A DNA stretch of 64,000 nucleotides from an uncultured Pseudomonadales bacterium (GTDB taxonomy: Bacteria > Pseudomonadota > Gammaproteobacteria > Pseudomonadales > JBECKS01), in the NCBI GenBank assembly GCA_964557005.1, contig CAZKYI010000003.1, positions 22,378-86,377 on the forward strand. Direction: 5' to 3'. Within the stretch, counting starts at the first letter, position 1. The number at the start of each line of letters is the position of its first letter. Below the pieces are notes generated by a model. That model ran no database searches. It was not told the DNA's origin and worked only from the letters and a program-made list of their open reading frames with translations. Shown here piece after piece: positions 9,888 through 19,256 of the stretch. Made by a program: the position numbers and the translations under genes.

Positions 9888-11474
9888 TTAATTCACACGT
9901 CTTTCCTTGCCCACCCAATACGGTTCACGCAGTTCGCGCTTCAATAATTTACCGCTTGGGTTGCGTGGAAGCACATCAACAAAATCCACTGACTTCGGCA
10001 CCTTGTAACCAGCAATTTTTTCACGCGCAAACGCAATCAATTCTTCTTGCGTAGCTTTTGCATTCGGCTTTAACACCACCACCGCTTTTACCGCTTCACC
10101 CCATTTGTCATCGGGAATGCCAATCACCGCAATATCGGCTATCGCTTCATGGCCAAACAACGCACTTTCGATTTCAGCGGGATAAATGTTTTCACCGCCT
10201 GACACAATCATGTCCTTGATGCGATCATGCACATACACATAACCGTCTTCGTCCATGTAACCTGCATCACCCGATTTCAACCAGCCATTTACAATGGTAG
10301 AGGCAGTGGCTTCGGGCATTTTCCAATAACCCACCATAATCGATTCGGATTTGATGCAAATTTCACCCACTTCACCCAGCGGCAGCACCTTGCCTGCTGC
10401 GTCCTGAATTTGCACTTCGGCACCTGGCCGTGCTTTGCCTGCACTTTTCATGCGTGTATTGCCTTGCGGGTCGTGATCTTCAGCAGGCAAATAAGTACCA
10501 ATAGCAGTGCCTTCGGTCATGCCATACAACTGCACAAAACCACACTTGAATGTTTCCATCGCGCGGCGTAATAAATCCAGAGGAATTGGCGATGCGCCGT
10601 AAATAATATATTTCATCGAAGAAAAATCCGTGCTCGCGCAATCAGGGTGCATCAAAACAAATTGCATCGCCGCAGGCACCATGAAAATTTTGCTGATGCC
10701 ATAATCACGAAAACACCGTAACACTGCACCGGGTTCAAATTCTTTCAGCACCACATTTTTCGCACCTGCATACAAACCCATATACGCCCAACCGGTGCCG
10801 CCAATATGAAAATTCGGCATGGCAACCAGACTGACATCATTCTCCGTCCACACACTCCACGCTTCTTCCGGCTCAGACCGCTCATGAATTTTTCGATAGA
10901 TGGATAAAATATTTCTGTGCGAAAGCATCACACCTTTTGGGTGGCCTGTGGTGCCACTGGTGTACATTTGAATGGCAACATTGCTTTCAGGAATAGCCAG
11001 TTTTGGATCGGTCGCAGAAGCTGCGTCTCGCCACTCAGTGTAACAAGTCAGTGTTTCGGACTTTTCAGCCATCAGAATTACTTTTTTAACGGTGGGTAAA
11101 TCGTTTTTAATTTGCTCATACAGCGCAACAAAATCTTCCCCGACAAACAAAATTTCAGCTTCGGCATTATTGATAACATAGGCAACCTCGGGTGCGGCCA
11201 AACGCCAGTTAATGCCCACCAGTACCATGTCGGCTTTGGCACTTCCCATCACCAGTTCAAAAAACCAGTCGCTGTTTTTATCCATTGCTGCAATGCGTAC
11301 CTGCGCAGGCAAGCCTTCACCTGTCAGCGCGTTGGCAACCTGATTGGTGAGTGCATCGAGTTGCTGATAGGAAGTTTCGCGTTCTCCGCACACCAGCGCG
11401 ATACGCTGCGGATTGTGTTTGGCGTGGAAGCGGGAAATGTCTCCAATGGTAATAATCTCGGGGAAATAGGGCAT
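9888..11474 (-). CDS. AMP-dependent acyl-CoA synthetase/ligase (long-chain fatty acid-CoA ligase-like)
   Basis: AMP-binding motifs YTSGTTGHPKGV, GYWKMPE, GDAGYMDEDGYVYVHDRIKDMI, PRNPSGK. Confidence 0.85.
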   Translation of the reverse strand: MPYFPEIITIGDISRFHAKHNPQRIALVCGERETSYQQLDALTNQVANALTGEGLPAQVRIAAMDKNSDWFFELVMGSAKADMVLVGINWRLAAPEVAYVINNAEAEILFVGEDFVALYEQIKNDLPTVKKVILMAEKSETLTCYTEWRDAASATDPKLAIPESNVAIQMYTSGTTGHPKGVMLSHRNILSIYRKIHERSEPEEAWSVWTENDVSLVAMPNFHIGGTGWAYMGLYAGAKNVVLKEFEPGAVLRCFRDYGISKIFMVPAAMQFVLMHPDCASTDFSSMKYIIYGASPIPLDLLRRAMETFKCGFVQLYGMTEGTAIGTYLPAEDHDPQGNTRMKSAGKARPGAEVQIQDAAGKVLPLGEVGEICIKSESIMVGYWKMPEATASTIVNGWLKSGDAGYMDEDGYVYVHDRIKDMIVSGGENIYPAEIESALFGHEAIADIAVIGIPDDKWGEAVKAVVVLKPNAKATQEELIAFAREKIAGYKVPKSVDFVDVLPRNPSGKLLKRELREPYWVGKERRVN

Positions 11475-11535
11475 GTGTGTTTCCTTTCTGTTGGTTTCTC
11501 TTTTATTTCTATTTAAAACAGGCAGCTAATATACA

Positions 11536-12627
11536 TCATGTATCTTGCCACAGGCTTTGTGTAGGTACCTGATTTTTGTGAATATCAAACAGGTAGTCTC
11601 CACGCAAATAGGCGCACAGTTCATCGAGATACACCTGATTGGTGGTATTTTTAAGCCGTTGATATTTATTCAGCAATGCCTGCCTGTGTACTTCGTCAAT
11701 TTCATGCAAGCCCTGTGTTTCAAACAAGGGCACATCTTCAAGCAGTACCGAAGCGGCGGAGCCAAAATGTTGCTCGGCAAAGTTTTTCCAGACAGCATCA
11801 ACATCTTGCCCGTTGATGTGAGCAGACAAGCTCGCCAGAGGCCATTGCGATAAATACGCTTGATTCATCGGATTCACGGCCATACCTGCGACACAATCAG
11901 CATGGCAATGCTCGCGCCCCTGAAACGGGCTTACATGCAAAAACGGACTCATTCTTGCGCCATCGTTCACAGGGTAATTGTCCCAGATGAAAGGCTTGCG
12001 CTGAAATAATTCACGCACTTCCAGCAAATGCACTTCACTGTAGGCAGGCGAACACACCTGCTCACCCGTCCAGAAAATATCAATGTCTCTGTGCAAGCCC
12101 TTGCCCAAAGTTTGCCAATACTGCTCCGGCATTTGGTCAAATACTTTTTCAAGTACGGGATCAAAACTGTAATAACTCGGACACATGAGCACATGCTCAA
12201 AATCACTGTGCTCACACACAAAATGGCAAATATCGATTTGCGTTTGCGCAAGCTGCGGGAAACTCCCACGCATATCATCAAATAAAATCGCGAGCGTATT
12301 ACAGTGCCAGCCGCTCAGTTGTTTCAGTTTCTGTTTAAGCTGGGTACGCGCTTCACTGTTGAACTGCTGGTGTAACTCAAAGGGGCTTAGCCCCACACCC
12401 CAATCAATCCCTGCTGCGCGGAAATCTTCCCCCAGACTGGTGAGTTTTTTTGCAAGTGGCTCAGGTGTTTCGCTTTGCCATGCTTCGCGCAGCCAGGTAT
12501 CGGCCTTCGGCGCATAAATGAAAAAGTCATAAGCGTGCGCCTGCATAAATGGAACGTAGGCTCTGCGCGCTTCAAAACTCCAGGGCTTTCCATAAAAGCC
12601 TTCGATAATGCCTCGCTTGTAAGTCAT
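11536..12627 (-). CDS. GH84-like beta-N-acetylglucosaminidase (O-GlcNAcase catalytic domain only)
   Basis: GIIEGFYGKPWS...FIYAPKAD and the catalytic Asp pair in LAILFDDM resemble the GH84 family. There is no signal peptide. Confidence 0.65.
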   Translation of the reverse strand: MTYKRGIIEGFYGKPWSFEARRAYVPFMQAHAYDFFIYAPKADTWLREAWQSETPEPLAKKLTSLGEDFRAAGIDWGVGLSPFELHQQFNSEARTQLKQKLKQLSGWHCNTLAILFDDMRGSFPQLAQTQIDICHFVCEHSDFEHVLMCPSYYSFDPVLEKVFDQMPEQYWQTLGKGLHRDIDIFWTGEQVCSPAYSEVHLLEVRELFQRKPFIWDNYPVNDGARMSPFLHVSPFQGREHCHADCVAGMAVNPMNQAYLSQWPLASLSAHINGQDVDAVWKNFAEQHFGSAASVLLEDVPLFETQGLHEIDEVHRQALLNKYQRLKNTTNQVYLDELCAYLRGDYLFDIHKNQVPTQSLWQDT

Positions 12628-12721
12628 AGCGCCTTTGGCTCCCCAATTTGTTTGGCAAGGGGTATACTGCGCGACCCCGCTTCAAGCGGCTCAATTTAAA
12701 TCAAAAGAGTGAACTTTCAAA

Positions 12722-13246
12722 ATGAGCTTAAACGACGTACCCGCAGGGAAAGACCTGCCCAATGACATTTATGTAGTCATCGAAATTCCTGCCAACCATA
12801 ACCCCATCAAATACGAAATCGATAAAGATTCAGGCGAAGTGTTTGTTGACCGCTTTATGGCCACTCCCATGTTCTACCCCTGTAACTATGGTTACATTCC
12901 CAACACCTTGTCGGAAGACGGTGATCCTCTGGATGTATTGGTGGTGACTCCTTACCCTTTGATTCCTGGCTGTGTGATCCGTTGCCGTCCCGTGGGCATT
13001 TTGAATATGTCTGACGAAGCCGGACAAGACGCAAAGCTGGTTGCCGTGCCGCACGACAAATTGTCTGTGCTGTATCGCAATGTGAAGGAAATTTCAGATT
13101 TGCCTGCGCTGCTGGTTAAACAAATCCAGCACTTCTTTGAAAACTACAAAGGTCTTGAAGAAGGTAAATGGGTGAAAGTCGATGGCTGGGATAACGCTGC
13201 CGCTGCCCGCGCTGAAATTGAAAAGGCTGCTGCCGCTGCGAAGTAA
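12722..13246 (+). CDS. ppa: Inorganic pyrophosphatase (family I)
   Basis: The sequence is typical of Ppa: [22 protein letters not shown]...DGDPLDVLV...[13 protein letters not shown]. Confidence 0.92.
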   Translation: MSLNDVPAGKDLPNDIYVVIEIPANHNPIKYEIDKDSGEVFVDRFMATPMFYPCNYGYIPNTLSEDGDPLDVLVVTPYPLIPGCVIRCRPVGILNMSDEAGQDAKLVAVPHDKLSVLYRNVKEISDLPALLVKQIQHFFENYKGLEEGKWVKVDGWDNAAAARAEIEKAAAAAK

Positions 13247-13267
13247 AAACACACTTGGTCAAGCCTG

Positions 13268-13298
13268 AAAAAAAGCCCACCGTTGTGGGCTTTTTTTT
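13268..13298. terminator. Bidirectional rho-independent terminator between convergent ppa and the GST-family gene
   Basis: Stem AGCCCAC / GTGGGCT with loop CGTT, an A-run upstream and a T-run downstream. Confidence 0.75.
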
Positions 13299-13305
13299 AT
13301 CAAGA

Positions 13306-14235
13306 TTACGATAAAACCCTCAGTTGATAATTATTTCTGGGAAAGTGCACATGCACGGTACCTGTCTCGCTGGTTTCCCTTTCAATAATCCAGCGGTTTG
13401 GCATCTGCGCCTTTAATACACCTGAACTAAATACCAGACGATAATCACTCGGGGCAATGGCGACTTGTTTATTCAGGGGTGCCGATTTATCGCTTTGTTC
13501 ATTTTTGTGCACGCTGGCAGGCTGGGCATTTTTTGCTACGGCAATGGACTGTTGCGCGGAAATTTCTTCCATCTTGTTGTTATTGTTAAACGCCTTGATG
13601 CGATCCATCCACGCCATTACTTTTGGATATTTCACCATATAAGGCTTTTCACCCACATCACGGATAAACCACAAACTGTGATAGGCAGCAAAATCACCGA
13701 TATTGGGTTGATTTCCAAATAAAAAGTCCTGTTCCAGCATGGCTTCAACACGCTGCAAATGTTCACGCACCACAGTGGAAGCAGAGAACAAACCTGGAAC
13801 CTTAACCGTAGCCTTGTGCCCCAGATTGATACGATCAACTGCAAAACGGGCAATATCCCACCAGCCCATACTGGCGCGCACTTTTTTGCGTAATTGCGCA
13901 CTGCCGCCAGACAACACACAGGCAAAAAAGATTTGGCCTTCTACCTCGGCAACAAAATCCTGTACCTGTTTATCAACGCGGTTGATATCCAGTTCAACCT
14001 TGCCAGAAAGCGCAGCAATTTCAGCGGCAATCATATTGGAATCACAAAAAATATCGGCGCCGATTTGTGCCACAGGCACACGCGCATAACCACCCGTCAG
14101 GGTGTCCATCAAAGGTCTGGGGGGCATTTCCCTGACAATCACCGACTGCCAGTCAACCCCTGCATAGGCAAGTATGGCACGCACTTTTTCTGAAAAAGGT
14201 GAGAGTGGATAATGATGCAAAATCAATGAAGGCAT
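13306..14235 (-). CDS. Glutathione S-transferase family protein with a C-terminal extension of about 90 aa
   Basis: Thioredoxin-like GST N-domain (LHHYPLSPFSEKVRAIL) and a helical C-domain, plus an extra tail of unknown fold. Confidence 0.6.
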   Translation of the reverse strand: MPSLILHHYPLSPFSEKVRAILAYAGVDWQSVIVREMPPRPLMDTLTGGYARVPVAQIGADIFCDSNMIAAEIAALSGKVELDINRVDKQVQDFVAEVEGQIFFACVLSGGSAQLRKKVRASMGWWDIARFAVDRINLGHKATVKVPGLFSASTVVREHLQRVEAMLEQDFLFGNQPNIGDFAAYHSLWFIRDVGEKPYMVKYPKVMAWMDRIKAFNNNNKMEEISAQQSIAVAKNAQPASVHKNEQSDKSAPLNKQVAIAPSDYRLVFSSGVLKAQMPNRWIIERETSETGTVHVHFPRNNYQLRVLS

Positions 14236-14280
14236 AAGGTTCTCCTGAACAAATTGATTAATGCTGAATCAGCTTCGTGA

Positions 14281-15300
14281 TTACCCTTCCTGCAACAAGC
14301 GTCTTAAATCAATCAAACCAGCATTGGCGCGTGAAATATAGTTGGCCATCACCAGTGAATGATTCGCCCACAAACCGAAGCCTGAACCATTGAGAATCAT
14401 CGGGCTCCATACCGGCCTTTGCGTGGCTTCCAGTTCACGAATAATTTGCTGCAAGCTGGCGAGGGCATTTTTCTTTTGCAGAACATCGTGAAAATCCACT
14501 TCAATGGCTTTCAACAAATGCAACAGCGCCCAGCAAGAGCCTCTGGCTTCGTAAAACACATCATCGAGTTCAAAGAAGGAAGTTTTGACATGAATATTGT
14601 CCTGTGTGCGGGTGGATTGCACAGCAGCGCTGTCACCAGCCAAATCAGTATTGACGCGCACATCGGCAACACTGGCACTGAGACGTTGCGACAAGCTGCC
14701 CAGTCGGGTTGAAGAATTTGTTAAAAAATTATTCAGGTTGTCGGCACGCGCATAAAACTGTGCGTTATGCACATCGGCATCAGCCAGTCGTTCCTGATAA
14801 TTGCGCAGGTGCTTGATACCCTCTTTCAGTTTGTCTTCATAGGCGGGAAACAAAAAACTCTGGTGATCGGTATTGAATGCCGGTTCTGCCCTTGCGAGGC
14901 TGGCATCTTCAATGGATTGCGATTGCGAGCGGCTGATGTCCTGACGCAAGGCTCGGCTCATGTCGCGCACCTGTACTACCACACCAAATTCCCACGCAGG
15001 AATGTTATCGAGAAAAATACTTGGCGGAGTCATGTCGTTGCTTAAATAGCCACCTGGTTTTTTAATCAGGGTTTCGGCAACTTGTATCAAAGTTTGCACG
15101 GTGGTTTCACCGACATTGGCTGAAGAGCCTTTGCGCACCTGAAACGTATCGCGCTCCTGACTCCACCAAACACCCAAAACGATATTGATAACAAGCAGCA
15201 CAAGCAAAGCAGGGATGGCTGCCCTGAACCAACGATTGCCCCCTGGCGTTGTTTTCACACCTGCCAGATTATCTTTAATGCGCTCACTCAAACTTCCCAT
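14281..15300 (-). CDS. Conserved membrane-anchored protein (DUF2333-like)
   Basis: Single N-terminal TM (AAIPALLVLLVINIVLGVWW) and a large soluble domain. The family assignment is from memory of similar proteins only. Confidence 0.4.
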   Translation of the reverse strand: MGSLSERIKDNLAGVKTTPGGNRWFRAAIPALLVLLVINIVLGVWWSQERDTFQVRKGSSANVGETTVQTLIQVAETLIKKPGGYLSNDMTPPSIFLDNIPAWEFGVVVQVRDMSRALRQDISRSQSQSIEDASLARAEPAFNTDHQSFLFPAYEDKLKEGIKHLRNYQERLADADVHNAQFYARADNLNNFLTNSSTRLGSLSQRLSASVADVRVNTDLAGDSAAVQSTRTQDNIHVKTSFFELDDVFYEARGSCWALLHLLKAIEVDFHDVLQKKNALASLQQIIRELEATQRPVWSPMILNGSGFGLWANHSLVMANYISRANAGLIDLRRLLQEG

Positions 15301-15409
15301 ACCGCTGCCTCACTTTACACTGCCCGCTTGCATGCTCGGCAAGATATTACTTCAATAGACTTTGCGCAACACAGACCCTAGGATAAGCACTGTTTTTACT
15401 GATAGATTT

Positions 15410-15853
15410 ATGACCATGACAAATATTCTTGTAATCAACGGCCCGAATCTGAATTTGCTAGGCGAACGTGAACCTGAGCAATATGGCTTTGAAACGCTGG
15501 CTTCGATTGTGCAGTCTCTGGAACAGGCGGCTGCGAAACTGGGGCACGGGCTTCAACATTTTCAGAGCAATTCGGAAGCCGAACTCATCAATCGTATTCA
15601 TCAGGCCAAACAGGATCAGGTTGCTTTTATCATCATCAATCCTGCGGCTTACACACACACCAGTGTGGCGCTTAGAGATGCGCTGGCGGGTGTCCACATT
15701 CCATTTATTGAAGTGCATTTGTCCAACGTACATGCGCGTGAAGCCTTTCGTAAGGAATCCTATTTTTCTGACTTGGCTATCGGTGTGATTACCGGCCTTG
15801 GCAGTCAGGGTTATCACTTCGCCTTACAGGCAGCGCATAAACATCTTTCCTGA
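15410..15853 (+). CDS. aroQ: 3-dehydroquinate dehydratase, type II
   Basis: [51 protein letters not shown]. The listed TTG start at 15362 is probably too far upstream; ATGs occur at 15410 and 15416. Confidence 0.9.
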   Translation: MTMTNILVINGPNLNLLGEREPEQYGFETLASIVQSLEQAAAKLGHGLQHFQSNSEAELINRIHQAKQDQVAFIIINPAAYTHTSVALRDALAGVHIPFIEVHLSNVHAREAFRKESYFSDLAIGVITGLGSQGYHFALQAAHKHLS

Positions 15854-15863
15854 AACCCTGCTG

Positions 15864-16793
15864 ATGAGCTGGATAGAATTTTCAGTGCATTGCTCAGCCG
15901 GGCAAGCGGAGCCTTTTGAGGATTTTTTACTCACGCAAGGTGCGCTGGCGGTGACCTTTCAGGATTTAAAAGACGATGCCATTTTTGAACCTGCTTTGGG
16001 TACCACGCCGTTGTGGCAACACACCAAACTCACCGCTTTATTCGACACGCAAGTAAACCCTGAAGCACTGTTCGCACGCTTTCAGGCACAATTTAAAGAT
16101 GCACCGAAAAACTTCCACGCACAGGCGCTGGAAGACCGTGACTGGGAACGCGAATGGCTCAAACATTACCGCAGCATGTGCTTTGGTGAACGCCTGTGGG
16201 TAATCCCCAATCTACCTGAATACACGCAAACACTACCGCCTGAAATCAAAGCAGACCATCAGGTACTTCTCATGGATCCCGGACTCGCCTTTGGCACTGG
16301 CACCCATGAAACCACCGCATTGTGTCTGGAATGGCTCGCTCAACATTCATTGCAAGAGAAGTATGTAATCGATTATGGGTGCGGTTCAGGCATTCTGGCG
16401 GTGGCTGCAAAACTGCTTGGCGCTGCGAATGTTGCCGGTTGTGATCTTGATCCACAAGCACTGCTAGCTTCGCGTGAAAACGCTGCGCGTAATTCCGTGA
16501 ATGAGCACTGCCTGTTTGAATCGGTGAGCGAATTTCGCACGCGTTTTCAAAATACGCCTGCTGTCAAAGCCGATATTGTGCTTGCCAACATTCTTGCAGG
16601 TACGCTGGAAATTCTCTGTGAAGAGCTTGCCAACTTGTTGGATGCCGATGGTATGATTGTGCTCTCTGGTATTCTGGATACTCAGGCAGAGCATCTTATT
16701 GAGGTTTACCAGAAATATTTCCATGCTTTCGAGCAAGTTAACAAAAATAACTGGGTAAGAATAAGCGCCCGTAAAAAACCAGGCATCAATTGA
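15864..16793 (+). CDS. prmA: Ribosomal protein L11 methyltransferase
   Basis: The start MSWIEFSV is typical of PrmA. Motifs: LDPGLAFGTGTHETT, DYGCGSGILA. The ATG at 15864 avoids overlap with aroQ. Confidence 0.9.
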   Translation: MSWIEFSVHCSAGQAEPFEDFLLTQGALAVTFQDLKDDAIFEPALGTTPLWQHTKLTALFDTQVNPEALFARFQAQFKDAPKNFHAQALEDRDWEREWLKHYRSMCFGERLWVIPNLPEYTQTLPPEIKADHQVLLMDPGLAFGTGTHETTALCLEWLAQHSLQEKYVIDYGCGSGILAVAAKLLGAANVAGCDLDPQALLASRENAARNSVNEHCLFESVSEFRTRFQNTPAVKADIVLANILAGTLEILCEELANLLDADGMIVLSGILDTQAEHLIEVYQKYFHAFEQVNKNNWVRISARKKPGIN

Positions 16794-16799
16794 AACAGC

Positions 16800-17942
16800 A
16801 TGAGCCAGATTGAAACCCATTGCCCGCACTGTGGCACTTCCTTTTCCGTTTCCAGCGAACAATTACAAATTGCACAAGGCCATGTGCGTTGTGGCGTGTG
16901 TATGAAGGTGTTTAAAGCAGGCGCAGCACCTGCACCCAAAGTAGCAGAAACCAAAAGCCAGATTGTTGAAGCCAAAGGTGATCTCAATCTTGACGATGAC
17001 AGCAGCATTGAAGCGTGGATTAAAAAGAACCAGAAAGCAGCCAATAAGAATATTCAAAGCGGCCCCGTTGAAGCGCCCACAGGAGATATTTCGGTTGACT
17101 CCTTACGCTTTGATGATGAGCTTTCCGATGCGTTTGAAAATCTGAAACCCGCACCTCAACCTGGCAGCAAAGATTTCACGCTTGAGAAGCTCGAGAAAGA
17201 AGAAGATTTGTTTCTGGAACTGGAAAAGAAAGAAAAAGAAAAAGTGCTTTCCAAAATCGGCGACCCCAAATCCAGAGTGCGCGAAATCAGGCAGCCTGCG
17301 CAGGAACCTGTCGAGCATTTCCACGCGGAGGAAAACAGTTTTGGCAATACCGATTTCGCCAGTGATTTTGATGATGACCCCTTTGCTCTGGGCGATGATG
17401 AACCGATTGTCCACGTCACGCTTGGCAGTACCGAAATTGAAGAACCCATCACCTTCGAAGAGAGGCTCAAACCCAGAATCCTTTGGCCGTCTCTGGCAAC
17501 AAGCTTTGCACTGATTTTGTTTGCGCAGGTACTTATCAGCAACTTTACTCAATGGTCAGAAGATAATCGTTATCGTGGCTTCTATTCAGTCTTTTGCTCC
17601 ATCGGCCTGTGTGAGCTTCCGCCTTTGAGAGATGTGAATCGCATTCGTGGCAGCAACCTGATTGTGCGCCCTCACCCGCACATCGATAATGCCTTGATTG
17701 TCGATGCCATCATCAATAATCAGGCACCGTTTGCCCAAGCCTTTCCCAAACTGTTCCTGAGCTTTTCCGATGTGCATGGCAAGGTCATTGCCTCACGTAT
17801 ATTTGAGCCTCGTGAATACCTCACTGGCGAATTGAAGGGCTTGACGGCGCTTCCGTCACGCTCGCCCTTGCATCTGTCTCTGGAAATTCTTGACCCGGGC
17901 ACACAAGCCGTCAATTACCAGATAGATTTTATCGATTCCTGA
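16800..17942 (+). CDS. Zinc-ribbon (MJ0042-type) / DUF3426-like protein
   Basis: N-terminal CPHCGTSF...VRCGVCMKVF zinc ribbon, an acidic low-complexity linker, one TM and a C-terminal beta domain. It sits between prmA and dusB, where I recall this gene sitting in Pseudomonas. Confidence 0.6.
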   Translation: MSQIETHCPHCGTSFSVSSEQLQIAQGHVRCGVCMKVFKAGAAPAPKVAETKSQIVEAKGDLNLDDDSSIEAWIKKNQKAANKNIQSGPVEAPTGDISVDSLRFDDELSDAFENLKPAPQPGSKDFTLEKLEKEEDLFLELEKKEKEKVLSKIGDPKSRVREIRQPAQEPVEHFHAEENSFGNTDFASDFDDDPFALGDDEPIVHVTLGSTEIEEPITFEERLKPRILWPSLATSFALILFAQVLISNFTQWSEDNRYRGFYSVFCSIGLCELPPLRDVNRIRGSNLIVRPHPHIDNALIVDAIINNQAPFAQAFPKLFLSFSDVHGKVIASRIFEPREYLTGELKGLTALPSRSPLHLSLEILDPGTQAVNYQIDFIDS

Positions 17943-17950
17943 CTCCACCG

Positions 17951-18964
17951 ATGAACATCGGATCGTATCAATTCGCAAGCCCGCTGATTCTTGCACCGAT
18001 GGCGGGTGTCACCGATTTGCCCTATCGCAACCTGTGTCGCCAACTTGGGGCAGGCGCTGCCGTTGGCGAAATGCTCACCTCCAAACAGGAACTGTGGAAC
18101 TCACCCAAATCCAGCTTCCGCCAAATCCAGCCGAGCGAGCAAGGCATACGCTGGATTCAGATTCTTGGCAACGATCCACAACAAATGGCGCTTGCTGCCT
18201 TACAGTGCGAACAAGATGGCGCACACATTATCGACATCAACATGGGTTGCCCTGCCAAAAAAGTGTGTAAAAAACTGGCGGGGTCTGCACTGTTGCAAGA
18301 TGAAAAACTGGTTGCACAAATTCTTGAAGCTGTCGTCAAAACAGTTGACGTTCCTGTCACATTAAAAATTCGTACGGGTGCATTTAAACAGCAAAAAAAT
18401 TTTTTAAACATTGGTGTTATTGCAGAACAGTGCGGTGTAAGCGCAGTGAGCATTCACGGTCGCACACGCCAATGCAAATATACTGAACAGGCCGAGTATG
18501 AAAGTGCTGCATATCTGAAACAAAAACTTGAAATTCCTGTGATTGTCAACGGTGATATTGTGTCGGCAGAAAAAGCAAAAACAGTGCTAGACCATACAAA
18601 CGCAGATGGTATTATGGTCGGCCGCGCGGCCTTGGGTAACCCTTGGTTGTTTCGCGAGATAGGCGCATATCTTGATTCGACAAACCAGCGCACAAGTTAT
18701 GCACCTTCCCTTGAAGAATTACATCAAACCATAAGCACCCACATTAAATCGCTTCACGATTTTTACGGCACTTCTCTTGGTGTAAGAATTTCAAGAAAAC
18801 ATTTAAGCTGGTACGAAGAAAAGTTTCCGCACATCATTTTTCTGAAAAAACAATTCAATCAGTTAAATGAAAGTCAGGCACAACTGGATTTAATTGACGA
18901 ATATTTTGGAACAGGATTTGGCATCAATGAACAAAGCAACATCACACGCCGCCTACTTGAGTGA
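17951..18964 (+). CDS. dusB: tRNA-dihydrouridine synthase B
   Basis: LAPMAGVTDLPYR, DINMGCPAKKV, HGRTR motifs; it is followed by fis. Confidence 0.9.
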   Translation: MNIGSYQFASPLILAPMAGVTDLPYRNLCRQLGAGAAVGEMLTSKQELWNSPKSSFRQIQPSEQGIRWIQILGNDPQQMALAALQCEQDGAHIIDINMGCPAKKVCKKLAGSALLQDEKLVAQILEAVVKTVDVPVTLKIRTGAFKQQKNFLNIGVIAEQCGVSAVSIHGRTRQCKYTEQAEYESAAYLKQKLEIPVIVNGDIVSAEKAKTVLDHTNADGIMVGRAALGNPWLFREIGAYLDSTNQRTSYAPSLEELHQTISTHIKSLHDFYGTSLGVRISRKHLSWYEEKFPHIIFLKKQFNQLNESQAQLDLIDEYFGTGFGINEQSNITRRLLE

Positions 18965-19247
18965 GGACACCAGTAACATCATCGAACTGTCACCGAAAAC
19001 CGATGCACCATTCAACGCACCTTGTATTCATGAAAGTGTTACACAGAATGTGCGTGATTATTTCAAACAACTGGGTGATCAGGACGCACACGAACTTTAC
19101 CAGTTAGTGCTTGGTCAGGTAGAACCTGCCCTGTTAAGCGAAGTGCTCAAACATACGCGCGGCAATCAATCGAAAGCGGCTGAACTGCTCGGCCTGAATC
19201 GCGGTACCCTGCGCAAGAAACTCCAGCAATACGGCCTTGATGCCTAG
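18927..19247 (+). CDS. fis: DNA-binding protein Fis
   Basis: The C-terminal HTH GNQSKAAELLGLNRGTLRKKLQQYGL is diagnostic. The ATG at 18927 gives a typical protein of about 106 aa that overlaps the dusB end. Confidence 0.88.
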   Translation: MNKATSHAAYLSEDTSNIIELSPKTDAPFNAPCIHESVTQNVRDYFKQLGDQDAHELYQLVLGQVEPALLSEVLKHTRGNQSKAAELLGLNRGTLRKKLQQYGLDA

Positions 19248-19256
19248 AGGTTTTTC

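Noticed and set aside
17100-17560. Several 110-150-aa ORFs on both strands within the DUF3426 gene
   Set aside because: They arise from the Lys/Glu-rich, purine-rich low-complexity linker. The plus-strand 380-aa frame, with its zinc ribbon and C-terminal domain, is the coherent gene.
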